DNA of 64,000 nt from Balanoglossus misakiensis (taxonomy: Eukaryota; Animalia; Hemichordata). A model generated the notes under the pieces. The model was not told where the DNA came from and did no database searches. It saw nothing but the letters and a program-made list of their open reading frames with translations. A program made the translations under genes and the position numbers. Shown piece by piece: positions 39,322 to 53,200 of this stretch (position 1 is the stretch's first letter; every line of letters starts with the position of its first letter). The stretch lies in NCBI GenBank assembly GCA_040954595.2, contig CM082588.2, positions 9,904,844 to 9,968,843 of the forward strand. The letters are read 5' to 3'.

Positions 39322-41999
39322 AAATTTAGAGGACTGGAACACCTAATGAAGTGCATGTGTTAACTTTAACACACTAATTATGTATATGAGCTATTTAAAG
39401 TTAACCAATAAAGCGTAGAAGTCTGCTTTTTGTTGGACACTGATCAGTTTGGTATCAAATTTTGTTGGCACATTTTGCCTCACCTCTGGCGTACTTTACC
39501 ATTTCTGGGCATCCACAACAGACACAGCCTCTGCTTTCTGTTGGAACCATGCTTAACACCTTGGTCCCTCCAATGCTACTTTTAGTTGTAATTGTCTTCT
39601 TCATGGCGGCCATATTGGATTTTCTAATAAGCTTTAAAGGTTGACATTTTCATAAACTACAGGGCCAATCAAGTTCTAATTTACTGTGCGGTTGAAAGTT
39701 TGATAAAATATCATTCGTGGTCATGTGACTTTTGGTGCCTTATTGGATTTTTTAAAAATCTCATTCAAAAATTACGAAAATCTTTTTCTAATCAAGTTTT
39801 CAAGTGAATTGTGATTGGTTTAACCTTATCAGAGCCAAATTGGATTTTCTGAACTCCGATTAAAAGCTAAAATTCCTTTTTTTATCCTACTCATTGAAAG
39901 CACACAAATTCTTTCTGTGGATACGAGTCACCATATGACTAGAATATGTTACATTTTTTGACAACTTTCATATGTTCTTTGATCCAGTTTTTTTTCAGTA
40001 TTTGATTAAACAATTTGTTGGTGACTCTCGCATGTCCTTTGATCCAGTTATTCCATAACTTAATTTTATGTGGATATGGCTCTTGATAAAAAGCTCAACA
40101 GTCATGATTTTGTTCAAAGAGTACTACTGCTGCCAGGACATAACCCAAATATTTTGATAATTTTGGCAATGACCTTTGATGTACTTTCCCATAACCTGGC
40201 CTGCACAGCAGATACAGCCTTCAGATTTTTAGGCCTTAAACACCTAATAAAGTATTAAACTTTAACAAAAAAGTTGTGTACATAAGCTTTTTCTAGTTAA
40301 CCAATAGAGAATAAAAGTCTGTTTTTTTGTTGAACACTGATCAGTTTGATGTCAAAATTTGTTGGCACAAATTTCCGTGACCTCTGGCTTACCTACCATT
40401 TGTAAGCATCCACAACAGATACAGAGTTTGCTTTCTGTTGGAACCATGCTAACTGCTTTGGTCCCTGTAATGCTGCATGTTCCTTTAATTGTCTTCTTCA
40501 TGGTGGCCATATTGGATTTTCTGATAACCTTTAAAAAATGACAGTTCTTTTCAAAAAACTACAGGGACAATCAAGTTCGAATATACTGTGCAGTTCAAAG
40601 TTTGACAGTAATATTGCTAGTAGTCATGTGACTTAGAATTCCTTATTAGATTTTTGAAAAATATCATTAAAACACTTTTTCTAATCAAGTTTTCAAGTGA
40701 ATTGTGATTGGTTAAACCTTATTGGAGCCAAATTGGATTTTCTGAACAACGATTTAAAACTAAGATTTCCTATTTATGGCCTACTCATTGATAGCACAAA
40801 CATTATTTATATGTATATGAGTCACTATATGACCAGAATATGTTACCATTTTTGGCATATTGCATATGTCCTTTAATCCAGTTTTTTCAACACTTAATAA
40901 TACAAATTTTAGGCAACTTTCATTTGTCTTTTGATCCAGATCTTTCAGAACTTAATTAAAGTTTATTGAAGCCAAATTGGATTTTATGAATTCCGATTAA
41001 AAACTTTGATTGCACACCAATTCTTTTTATAGATACGAGTCACCATATGACCAGAATACGTTGCATTTTTTGGCAACTTTCGCATGTACTTTGATCCATT
41101 TTTTTTCAGAACTTAATTATTCGTGGATATGCCTCTTGTTGAAAAGCAAAACAGTGATGATTTATTTTTCACACGAATAGTACTGCTGCCAGGACATAAC
41201 CCAAATTTTTTGATAATATTGGCATTGAACTTTGTCCTAAGTTTGGCACCTGTATTCTTTTCTGAATATCTTATGGCGACTAGACTAATAGCACTAGAGG
41301 TTTGGTTTTTGATGTATATGGACAAGTATGGGACTTAGCTTTTTTTGTTACATTTGGAATCCACTGGACCAATGTTGAGCTTATTAAATATGTGAATATC
41401 TAATGCTGAGCTTACCCATATTGTTACAGGTTGAATTTTTTATGAACATGCTCTACTATTGGACTTAATTTTTTTGCTGAATTTCTTGACCAATGATAAC
41501 CTTATAAATATGTGCTTACGTAATTGTAGACTAGATAATGAAGCTTTGAGTCTGGGTTTTCTTGAACATTCACCAGTATGCGATCACATTTTTTTCTGAC
41601 ATTTTTGTTAGCTTTGGTTACCTTTAACCTATTTTCCCTGCCTTGGCATGCACAGCAGATAACGCCTTCAAATTTTGAGGGCTGGAACACCTAATTACCA
41701 GGTTAACCAATAGAGCCAGAAGTCTTGTTTTTCATTTTACACTGATCATTTTGGAAGAAAAATTTGTTGACAATTTTGGGTGAGCTCTTGGTGACCTTTG
41801 ATCTGCTTTCCTATATACATAGCAGATACAGCATTGGCACTCTCTGGTATCCATAGGAACTGCTTTGACCCAGCCAATGTTGGTTGCACTTTAATTTTTT
41901 TTCATTAATTGACCATATGTACCCCTTGACCCGCAGTATGTTGGGTTGGGCTGGCTTGCCAAATTAATCCTATTATTATCATTGATTTCATGCATTTAA

Positions 42000-42660
42000 T
42001 TCTTTCATTCTTTTTTTTTTGTAGGTCCCACCGGTACTCTTCTCCTTCTCTCTCTCTTTCTTTCTTTCTTTCTTTTTTTCTCTTCTTTTCTCTTTTTTTT
42101 TCTTTTTTTCCCTGTAGGCCCCAATGGTAACACCATAATCAACCTACTAACGTAAAATTTGATGGATGGATGGAGCGGAGTGTCAACCATAGTCAACCTA
42201 CTAATATAAACTTTGATGGATGGATGGATGGAGCGGAGCGTCAACCATAGTCAACCTACTAATATAAACTTTGATGGATGAATGGAGCGGAGCGTCAACC
42301 ATAGTCAACCTACTAATATAAACTTTGATGGATGGATGGTGGAGCAGAGCGTCAACCATAGTCAACTTACTAAAATATAAACTTTGATGGATGGATGGTG
42401 CCGCGGAGCGTCAACTTAAAGGATGGAGAAGTGGAAGGATGGAGAAGTGGAGTTTTTCTCTGTTTTTTCCTCTTTTTCTTTCCTGTAGGGCACACTGGTA
42501 ACACCATAATCAACCAACTAACGTAAAATTTGATGGGAGGATGGAGCGGAGTGTCAACCATAGTCAACCTACTAATATAAACTTTGATGGATGGATGGAT
42601 GGAGCGTCAACCTAAAGGATGGAGAAGTGGAAGAATGGAGAAGTGGAGTTTCAACATAAT
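42000..42660 (+). repeat. Pyrimidine tract plus ~55-58-bp minisatellite containing (GATG)n, locally duplicated
   Basis: GTCAACCATAGTCAACCTACTAATATAAACTTTGATGGATGG repeated over 42180-42415 and again at ~42553. Confidence 0.85.
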
Positions 42661-44200
42661 ATCCTCTTGACCGAAATTATAAGATAGAGTAATATAGACG
42701 TACAAAACGAGGTGATCGTAATATAAAACTTAATAGTCCAATAAATCGGGTTAATAATTGGTAGTGATTACTTGTTTTAAAATTAGGTTAACAGCAATGG
42801 CTTTGTGCAGGGTATGATAATAGGTTCCGAAATGTGTATGGTATAATAACGGTGAACACATTTGAATTTGGTTTAATAAAAGGGTTACAAATGTGATGAT
42901 GGTTTTATGGTAAAATTTGAGTGTACACAGGTTATAAAGGGGTAACAACGGTTGCTTGTATGAAGGGAATAATATTAGGGTAACAAATGTGGTATAAAAA
43001 GGTATAACGGGTTTATAATATGATGATGGCTTGTGTACACAGGTTATAATGGGTATATGAATGAGAAGGGTATAATAATAGTAATAACTGTGTCGGGTTT
43101 AATAAGGGTAACAATTGTGCAAGGTATAATAACGATTAATAATTGTGGTGATGGCTTATGGTGATATTAAGTATAAAAAGGGTGTTAATATTGATGATGA
43201 TGACAGAGGTATAATAATGATAAAATGTTAAATAAGTGTCCAAGGTCTAATAATCATGTTGGTTCATTCATTGGTTAATGTGTATATTTTATGAATAACA
43301 TGCTATTATTTCTCAGATAGATAGTACTCGTCAGCATCGTTATTCGGTGGAATTTCTCGCAACGGTACCCGTGATTGTATTCGCGCATCGACACATTGTA
43401 CGCGACAGACATGCAGAAAATGTTAGCACAATGTTAGGTTAGCTTAACCTCCCCACCCCATCCAAATTCCAAATTTAGCTTAGATCATGGGGTGAGAGGA
43501 GGAGAGGACAGTTTTTTTTCCCTCTTTTGTAATTGGTATGAGGTTTTTTAACTGCCCTTTAGGCGCGTAAATTAGATGTGTTATCATACATGTAGTTATC
43601 TTGCTTTATTTTAAAACAATTGCGAATGAGCTCTGCGAGATTATGTACACGATAGTGTGTTATATAATGCTAAGGTAAAAGTAAACTTAACCCACTAACC
43701 CATCACACTATTGTGTGCATAATTAGCAGATGCTATTTTGACTGGCCCATTGGTCAACCAAATGACACCTTGTTTCAAAAAGAGCTGAAACTATATTGGT
43801 TAACTTCTTTCAGTTTAACCACATGACACATTGTTTCAAATTGGCCTGCAAGATATGCTACTTGAACTTCCCCCCCCCCCCCACCCCCACCCCCCAAAAA
43901 CAATAAATTAGGGATTAATCACTCGCTATATTATGAACATTCACATGAAAATTATGCAACCAAATTAAAGGTATTCTGGAGGCGTCTTCTGATGTCAGGT
44001 GGTTCAAATCCACCGATACCTAAGCTGGAAACATAACTTTTCATTGGTGTTCATATATGGCGAATAAAACACGCATATTCGTATTATCATATTTCAGAAA
44101 TGAACGAATTGAAATAGATTCTTTTCGATATGTCACTATAAACTTTAATCCCATTTCACCCCTTTTACTCAAAATGTAATGTTTAAATAGCAAAGAAGTA

Positions 44201-47200
44201 ATCACTAAACTTTGACACCGGGGTTTAAAATGCATACAGGGATACTAAAAGTTGACTGAAATCCCTTGGTTAATACGTGTCCAAAAGCAATCCTATTTGA
44301 CATTGCTAATGCAATGATGACATTGAATTTGATTCTTTGCATTAGGGGGAATGGCGATGCAAGCTTGATGATGCAGCCAGGTAGATAGTGATGCAAACAC
44401 TTCACTTTGACATAGGTATTTAATGCATGTGCATGGGTATTTAATGTTGACTGTAAATCCCCAGGTTAATACGTGGCCAAAAGCACTGTAATTTGACATT
44501 GCTAATGCTACCGTGACACTAAATCTGATTCTTGCATCAGGGTAAATTGTGAAGCAAGCTTGATGATGCATCATGATAGATGGTGTTTCAAGCCCTTCAC
44601 ATTGACATTGGAATATAACGCATAAGGGGATTTAAAGTTGATTGTAAATCCTCAGGTTAATACGTGGCCATAAGCAATGTAATTTGACATTGCTAATGCA
44701 ACGATGATATTGAATCTGATTCTTTGCATCAGGGTAAATGGCGATGCAAGCTTGATGATGCATCACGGTAGATATTGATGCAAACACTTCACTTTGACAT
44801 GGGTATTTAATGCATGCGCATTGATATTTAAAGTTGACTCTAAATCCCGAGGTTAACACATGGCCAAAAGCACTGTAATTTAAAATTACTAATGCAAGGG
44901 TGACATTGAATATGGATAAATGGTGGAGCAAGCTTGATGATGCATCATGATAGATGGTGTTTCAAGCCCTTCACATTGACATTGGAATATAACGCATAAG
45001 GGGATTTAAAGTTGATTGTAAATCCTCAGGTTAATACGTGGCCATAAGCAATGTAATTTGACATTGCTAATGCAACGATGATATTGAATCTGATTCTTTG
45101 CATCAGGGTAAATGGCGATGCAAGCTTGATGATGCATCCCGGGAGATAGTGATGCAAACACTTCACTTTGACATGGGTATTTAATGCATGCACATTGATA
45201 TTTAAAGTTGACTCTAAATCCCGAGGTTAATACATGGCCAAAAGCACTGTAATTTAAAATTACTAATGCATGCGTGACATTGAATATGGATAAATGGTGA
45301 AGCAAACGTGATGATGCATCAGGATAGATGGTGTTTGAAGCCCTTCACATTGACTTTTGAATATAATGCATATGGGGATTTCAAGTTGATTGTAAATCCC
45401 TAGGTTAATACATGGCCAAAAGCACTTTTATTTGACATTGCTAATGCAACAGTGACATTGAATCTGATTCTATGCATCAGGGTAAATGGCGATACAGGCT
45501 TGATGATGCATCACGGTAGATAGTGATGCAAACAGTTCACTTTGACATGGGTATTAAATGCATATGGGGATTTCAAGTTGATTACAAATCCCTGGGTTAA
45601 TACGCATCCAAAAGCACTGTAATTTGACATTGCTAATGAAATGGTGACATTGAATGTAATTCTTTGCATTAGGGGAAATGGCTAAAAAGCTTAATGATGC
45701 ATTGGAGTAGATGGTGATGCAAGCTATGCATTTTGACATAGGTATTTAATGCATGTGCATGGGTATTTAATGTTGACTGTAAATCCCTGGGTTAATACAA
45801 GTCCAAAAGCACCGTAATTTGACATTGATAATACAACGGTGATATTTAATCTGATTCTTTGCATCAGGGCAAATGGTGAAGCAAGCTTAATGATGCATCG
45901 GAGTATATGGTGATGCAAGCTCTGCATTTTGACATAGGTATTAAATGTATATGCATGGGTATTTAAAGTTGTCTGTAAATCCCCAGGTTAATACGTGGCC
46001 ATAATCACTGTAATTTGACATTGCGAATGCAACAGTGACATTTAATCTGATTCTTTGCATTAAGGCAAATGGCGAAGCAGGCTTGACGATGCATTACTGT
46101 AGATAGTGGTGCAAACACTTGGCTTTGACATGGGTATAAAAAGCATATGGGGATTTCAAGTTGATTATAAATCCCGATGTTAATACATGTCCAAAAGCAC
46201 TGTAATTTAAAATTGCTAATGCAAGGGTGAAATTGAATCTGATTCTTTGCATCAGGGCAAATTCTGAAGAATGCTTGATGATGCACCAGGGTCAATGGTG
46301 ATGCAATCACTAAGCTTTGACACCGGGGTTTAAAATGTATACAGGGGGATTAAAAGTTGACTGAAAATCCCTGGGTTAATACAAGTCCAAAAGCACTGTA
46401 ATTTAAAATTGCTAATGCAATGGTGACATTGAATGTGATTCTTTGCATTAGGGGAAATGGCTTAGCAAGCCTAATGGTGCATCAGAGTAGATGGTGATGC
46501 AAGCTCTGCACTTTGACATAGGTATTTAATGCATATGCATGGGTGTTTGATGTTGACTGTAAATCCTCAGGTTAATACGTGGCCATAAGCACTGTAATTT
46601 GACATTGCTAATGCTACAGTGACATTGAATCTGATTCTTTGCATTAGGGCAAATGGCGAAGCAAGCTTGATGATGCATCACGGTAGATATTGATGCAAAC
46701 ACTTCACTTTGACATGGGTATTTAATGCATGCGCATTGATATTTAAAGTTGACTCTAAATCCCGAGGTTAACACATGGCCAAAAGCACTGTAATTTAAAA
46801 TTACTAATGCAAGGGTGACATTGAATATGGATAAATGGTGAAGCAAGCTTGATGATGCATCATGATAGATGGTGTTTCAAGCCCTTCACATTGACATTGG
46901 AATATAACGCATAAGGGGATTTAAAGTTGATTGTAAATCCTCAGGTTAATACGTGGCCATAAGCAATGTAATTTGACATTGCTAATGCAACGATGATATT
47001 GAATCTGATTCTTTGCATCAGGGTAAATGGCGATGCAAGCTTGATGATGCATCACGGTAGATATTGATGCAAACACTTCACTTTGACATGGGTATTTAAT
47101 GCATGCACATTGATATTTAAAGTTGACTCTAAATCCCGAGGTTAATACATGGCCAAAAGCACTGTAATTTAAAATTACTAATGCAAGGGTGACATTGAAT

Positions 47201-50200
47201 ATGGATAAATGGTGAAGCAAGCTTGATGATGCATCATGATAGATAAATTACTAATGCAAGGGTGACATTGAATATGGATAAATGGTGAAGCAAGCTTGAT
47301 GATGCATCATGATAGATTGTGTTTCAAGCCCTTCACATTGACATTGGAATATAACGCATAAGGGGATTTAAAGTTGATTGTAAATCCTCAGGTTAATACG
47401 TGGCCATAAGCAATGTAATTTGACATTGCTAATGCAACGATGATATTGAATCTGATTCTTTGCATCAGGGTAAATGGCGATGCAAGCTTGATGATGCATC
47501 CCGGTAGATAGTGATGTAAACACTTCACTTTGACATGGGTATTTAATGCATGCACATTGATATTTAAAGTTGACTCTAAATCCCGAGGTTAATACATGGC
47601 CAAAAGCACTGTAATTTAAAATTACTAATGCAAGCGTGACATTGAATATGGATAAATGGTGAAGCAAACGTGATGATGCATCAGGATAGATGGTGTTTGA
47701 AGCCCTTCACATTGACTTTTGAATATAATGCATATGGGGATTTCAAGTTGATTGTAAATCCCTAGGTTAATACATGGCCAAAAGCACTTTTATTTGACAT
47801 TGCTAATGCAATGGTGACATTGAATCTAATTCTATGCATAAGGGTAAATGGCGATACAGGCTTGATGATGCATCACGGTAGATAGTGATGCAAACAGTTC
47901 ACTTTGACATGGGTATTAAATGCATATGGGGATTTCAAGTTGATTACAAATCCCTGGGTTAATACGCATCCAAAAGCACTGTAATTTGACATTGCTAATG
48001 CAACGGTGACATTGAATCTGATTCTATGCATAAGGGTAAATGGCGATGCAGGCTTGATGATGCATCACGGTAGATAGTGATGCATACAGTTCACTTTGAC
48101 ATGGGTATTAAATGCATATGGGGATTTCAAGTTGATTACAAATCCTTGGGTTAATACGCATCCAAAAGCACTGTAATTTGACATTGCTAATGAAATGGTG
48201 ACATTGAATGTAATTCTTTGCATTAGGGGAAATGGCTAAGCAAGGTTAATGATGCATTGGAGTAGATGGTGATGCAAGCTATGCATTTTGACATAGGTAT
48301 TTAATGCATGTGCATGGGTATTTAATGTTGACTGTAAATCCCTGGGTTAATACAAGTCCAAAAGCACCGTAATTTGACATTGATAATACAACGGTGATAT
48401 TTAATCTGATTCTTTGCATCAGGGCAAATGGTGAAGCAAGCTTAATGATGCATCGGAGTATATGGTGATGCAAGCTCTGCATTTTGACATAGGTATTAAA
48501 TGTATATGCATGGGTATTTAAAGTTGTCTGTAAATCCCCAGGTTAATACGTGGCCATAATCACTGTAATTTGACATTGCGAATGCAACAGTGACATTTAA
48601 TCTGATTCTTTGCATTAAGGCAAATGGCGAAGCATGCTTGACGATGCATTACTGTAGATAGTGGTACAAACACTTGGCTTTGACATGGGTATAAAAAGCA
48701 TATGGGGATTTCAAGTTGATTATAAATCCCGATGTTAATACATGTCCAAAAGCACTGTAATTTAAAATTGCTAATGCAAGGGTGAAATTGAATCTGATTC
48801 TTTGCATCAGGGCAAATTCTGAAGAATGCTTGATGATGCACCAGGGTCAATGGTGATGCAATCACTAAGCTTTGACACCGGGGTTTAAAATGTATACAGG
48901 GGGATTAAAAGTTGACTGAAAATCCCTGGGTTAATACAAGTCCAAAAGCACTGTAATTTAAAATTGCTAATGCAATGGTGACATTGAATGTGATTCTTTG
49001 CATTAGGGGAAATGGCTTAGCAAGCCTAATGGTGCATCAGAGTAGATGGTGATGCAAGCTCTGCACTTTGACATAGGTATTTAATGCATATGCATGGGTG
49101 TTTGATGTTGACTGTAAATCCTCAGGTTAATACGTGGCCATAAGCACTGTAATTTGACATTGCTAATGCTACAGTGACATTGAATCTGATTCTTTGCATT
49201 AGGGCAAATGGCGAAGCAAGCTTGATGATGCATCACGGTAGATATTGATGCAAACACTTCACTTTGACATGGGTATTTAATGCATGCACATTGATATTTA
49301 AAGTTGACTCTAAATCCCAAGGTTAATACATGGCCAAAAGCACTGTAATTTGACATTGCTAATGCTACAGTGACATTGAATCTGATTCTTTGCATTAGGG
49401 CAAATGGCGAAGCAAGCTTGATGATGCATCACGGTAGATATTGATGCAAACACTTCACTTTGACATGGGTATTTAATGCATGCGCATTGATATTTAAAGT
49501 TGACTCTAAATCCCGAGGTTAATACATGGCCAAAAGCACTGTAATTTAAAATTACTAATGCAAGGGTGACATTGAATATGGATAAATGGTGAAGCAAGCT
49601 TGATGATGCATCATGATAGATGGTGTTTCAAGCCCTTCACATTGACATTGGAATATAACGCATAAGGGGATTTAAAGTTGATTGTAAATCCTCAGGTTAA
49701 TACGTGGCCATAAGCAATGTAATTTGACATTGCTAATGCAACGATGATATTGAATCTGATTCTTTGCATCAGGGCAAATGGCGAAGCAAGCTTGATGATG
49801 CATCACGGTAGATATTGATGCAAACACTTCACTTTGACATGGGTATTTAATGCATGCACATTGATATTTAAAGTTGACTCAAAATCCCGAGGTTAATACA
49901 TGGCCAAAAGCACTGTAATTTAAAATTACTAATGCAAGGGTGACATTGAATATGGATAAATGGTGAAGCAAGCTTGATGATGCATCATGATAGATGGTGT
50001 TTCAAGCCCTTCACATTGACTTTTGAATATAATGCATATGGGGATTTAAAGTTGATTGTAAATCCCTAGGTTAATACATGGCCAAAAGCACTTTTATTTG
50101 ACATTGCTAATGCAACGGTGACATTGAATCTGATTCTATGCATCAGGGTAAATGGCGATACAGGCTTGATGATGCATCACGGTAGATAGTGATGCAAACA

Positions 50201-53200
50201 GTTCACTTTGACATGGGTATTAAATGCATATGGGGATTTCAAGTTGATTACAAATCCCTGGGTTAATACGCATCCAAAAGCACTGTAATTTGACATTGCT
50301 AATGAAATGGTGACATTGAATGTAATTCTTTGCATTAGGGGAAATGGCTAAAAAGCTTAATGATGCATTGGAGTAGATGGTGATGCAAGCTATGCATTTT
50401 GACATAGGTATTTAATGCATGTGCATGGGTATTTAATGTTGACTGTAAATCCCTAGGTTAATACATGTCCAAAAGCACTGTAATTTAAAATTGCTAATGC
50501 AAGGGTGACATTGAATCTGATTCTTTGCATCAGGGCAAATTCTGAAGAATGCTTGATGATGCACCAGGGTCAATGGTGATGCAATCACTAAGCTTTGACA
50601 CCGGGGTTTAAAATGTATACATGGGGATTAAAAGTTGACTGAAAATCCCTGGGTTAATACAAGTCCAAAAGCACTATAATTTAAAATTGCTAATGCAATG
50701 GTGACATTGAATGTGATTCTTTGCATTAGGGGAAATGGCTTAGCAAGTCTAATGGTGCATCAGAGTAGATGGTGATGCAAGCTCTGCACTTTGACATAGG
50801 TATTTAATGCATATGCATGGGTGTTTGATGTTGACTGTAAATCCTCAGGTTAATACGTGGCCATAAGCACTGTAATTTGACATTGCTAATGCTACAGTGA
50901 CATTGAATCTGATCCTTTGCATTAGGGCAAATGGCGAAGCAAGCTTGATGATGCATCACGGTAGATATTGATGCAAACACTTCACTTTGACATGGGTATT
51001 TAATGCATGTGCATTGATATTTAAAGTTGACTCTAAATCCCGAGGTTAACACATGGCCAAAAGCACTGTAATTTAAAATTACTAATGCAAGGGTGACATT
51101 GAATATGGATAAATGGTGAAGCAAGCTTGATGATGCATCATGATAGATTGTGTTTCAAGCCCTTCACATTGACATTGGAATATAACGCATAAGGGGATTT
51201 AAAGTTGATTGTAAATCCTCAGGTTAATACGTGGCCATAAGCAATGTAATTTGACATTGCTAATGCAACGATGATATTGAATCTGATTCTTTGCATCAGG
51301 GTAAATGGCGATGCAAGCTTGATGATGCATCCCGGTAGATAGTGATGCAAACACTTCACTTTGACATGGGTATTTAATGCATGCACATTGATATTTAAAG
51401 TTGACTCTAAATCCCGAGGTTAATACATGGCCAAAAGCACTGTAATTTAAAATTACTAATGCAAGCGTGACATTGAATATGGATAAATGGTGAAGCAAAC
51501 GTGATGATGCATCAGGATAGATGGTGTTTGAAGCCCTTCACATTGACTTTTGAATATAATGCATATGGGGATTTCAAGTTGATTGTAAATCCCTAGGTTA
51601 ATACATGGCCAAAAGCACTTTTATTTGACATTGCTAATGCAACGGTGACATTGAATCTAATTCTATGCATCAGGGTAAATGGCGATACAGGCTTGATGAT
51701 GCATCACGGTAGATAGTGATGCAAACAGTTCACTTTGACATGGGTATTAAATGCATATGGGGATTTCAAGTTGATTACAAATCCCTGGGTTAATACGCAT
51801 CCAAAAGCACTGTAATTTGACATTGCTAATGCAACGGTGACATTGAATCTGATTCTATGCATAAGGGTAAATGGCGATGCAGGCTTGATGATGCATCACG
51901 GTAGATAGTGATGCATACAGTTCACTTTGACATGGGTATTAAATGCATATGGGGATTTCAAGTTGATTACAAATCCTTGGGTTAATACGCATCCAAAAGC
52001 ACTGTAATTTGACATTGCTAATGAAATGGTGACATTGAATGTAATTCTTTGCATTAGGGGAAATGGCTAAGCAAGGTTAATGATGCATTGGAGTAGATGG
52101 TGATGCAAGCTATGCATTTTGACATAGGTATTTAATGCATGTGCATGGGTATTTAATGTTGACTGTAAATCCCTGGGTTAATACAAGTCCAAAAGCACCG
52201 TAATTTGACATTGATAATACAACGGTGATATTTAATCTGATTCTTTGCATCAGGGCAAATGGTGAAGCAAGCTTAATGATGCATCGGAGTATATGGTGAT
52301 GCAAGCTCTGCATTTTGACATAGGTATTAAATGTATATGCATGGGTATTTAAAGTTGTCTGTAAATCCCCAGGTTAATACGTGGCCATAATCACTGTAAT
52401 TTGACATTGCGAATGCAACAGTGACATTTAATCTGATTCTTTGCATTAAGGCAAATGGCGAAGCATGCTTGACGATGCATTACTGTAGATAGTGGTGCAA
52501 ACACTTGGCTTTGACATGGGTATAAAAAGCATATGGGGATTTCAAGTAGATTATAAATCCCTGTGTTAATACGTGTCCAAAAGCACTGTAATTTGACATT
52601 GCTAATGCAATGTTGACACTATATCTGAGTCTTTGCATCAGGGCAAATGGCGAAGCAGCTTGATGATGCATCAGGATAGATGGTGATGCAAGCTCTGCAC
52701 TTTGACATGGGGATTAAAGGCATGCTGAGGGGGATTTAAAGTTGTCAAAACAAACTTGATGATGCATCAGGGTAGATGGTATTTCAAGCCTTTCACATTG
52801 ACATTGGAATATAACGCATATGGGGATTTAAAGTTGATTGTAAATCCCCAGGTTGATACGTGGCCATAAGCACTGTGGTTTGACATTGCTAATGCTACCG
52901 TGACATTGAATGTGATCCTATGCATCAGGGTAAATGGCGATACAGGCTTGATGATGCATCACAGTAGATAGTGATGCAAACAGTTCACTTTGACATGGGT
53001 ATTAAATGCATATGGGGATTTGAATTTGATTACAAATCCCTGGGTTAATACGCGTCCAAAAGCAATGTAATATGACATTGCTAATGAAATGGTGACATTG
53101 AATGTAATTCTTTGCATTAGGGGAAATGGCTGAGCAAGCTTAATGATGCATTGGAGTAGATGGTGATGCAAGCTATGCATTGTGACATAGGTATTTAATG

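Larger units (their letters stand above)
24760..41240 (+). repeat. ~0.9-kb macrosatellite (9-10 units) with internally amplified 116-bp subrepeat
   Basis: Anchor ATGG(C/T)GGCCATATTGG at ~25188, 27583, 29449, 30800, 34704, 35610, 36752, 39603 and 40500. Minimal spacing is ~900 bp; longer spacings are filled by 116-mers or an insertion. Confidence 0.95.

Noticed and set aside
25038-41338. Repeated hydrophobic ORFs (e.g. MFGSCWTLISL.., MNCDCFNL..) as a gene family
   Set aside because: These are translations of the macrosatellite unit; frames break freely between copies.
42005-42567. Lys/Arg-rich ORFs
   Set aside because: They are the reverse complement of CT-rich low-complexity tracts and a minisatellite.
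42750-43280. GGGTA/GGTTA-rich strand-biased tract as telomeric repeat
   Set aside because: No tandem TTAGGG; only degenerate low-complexity sequence.
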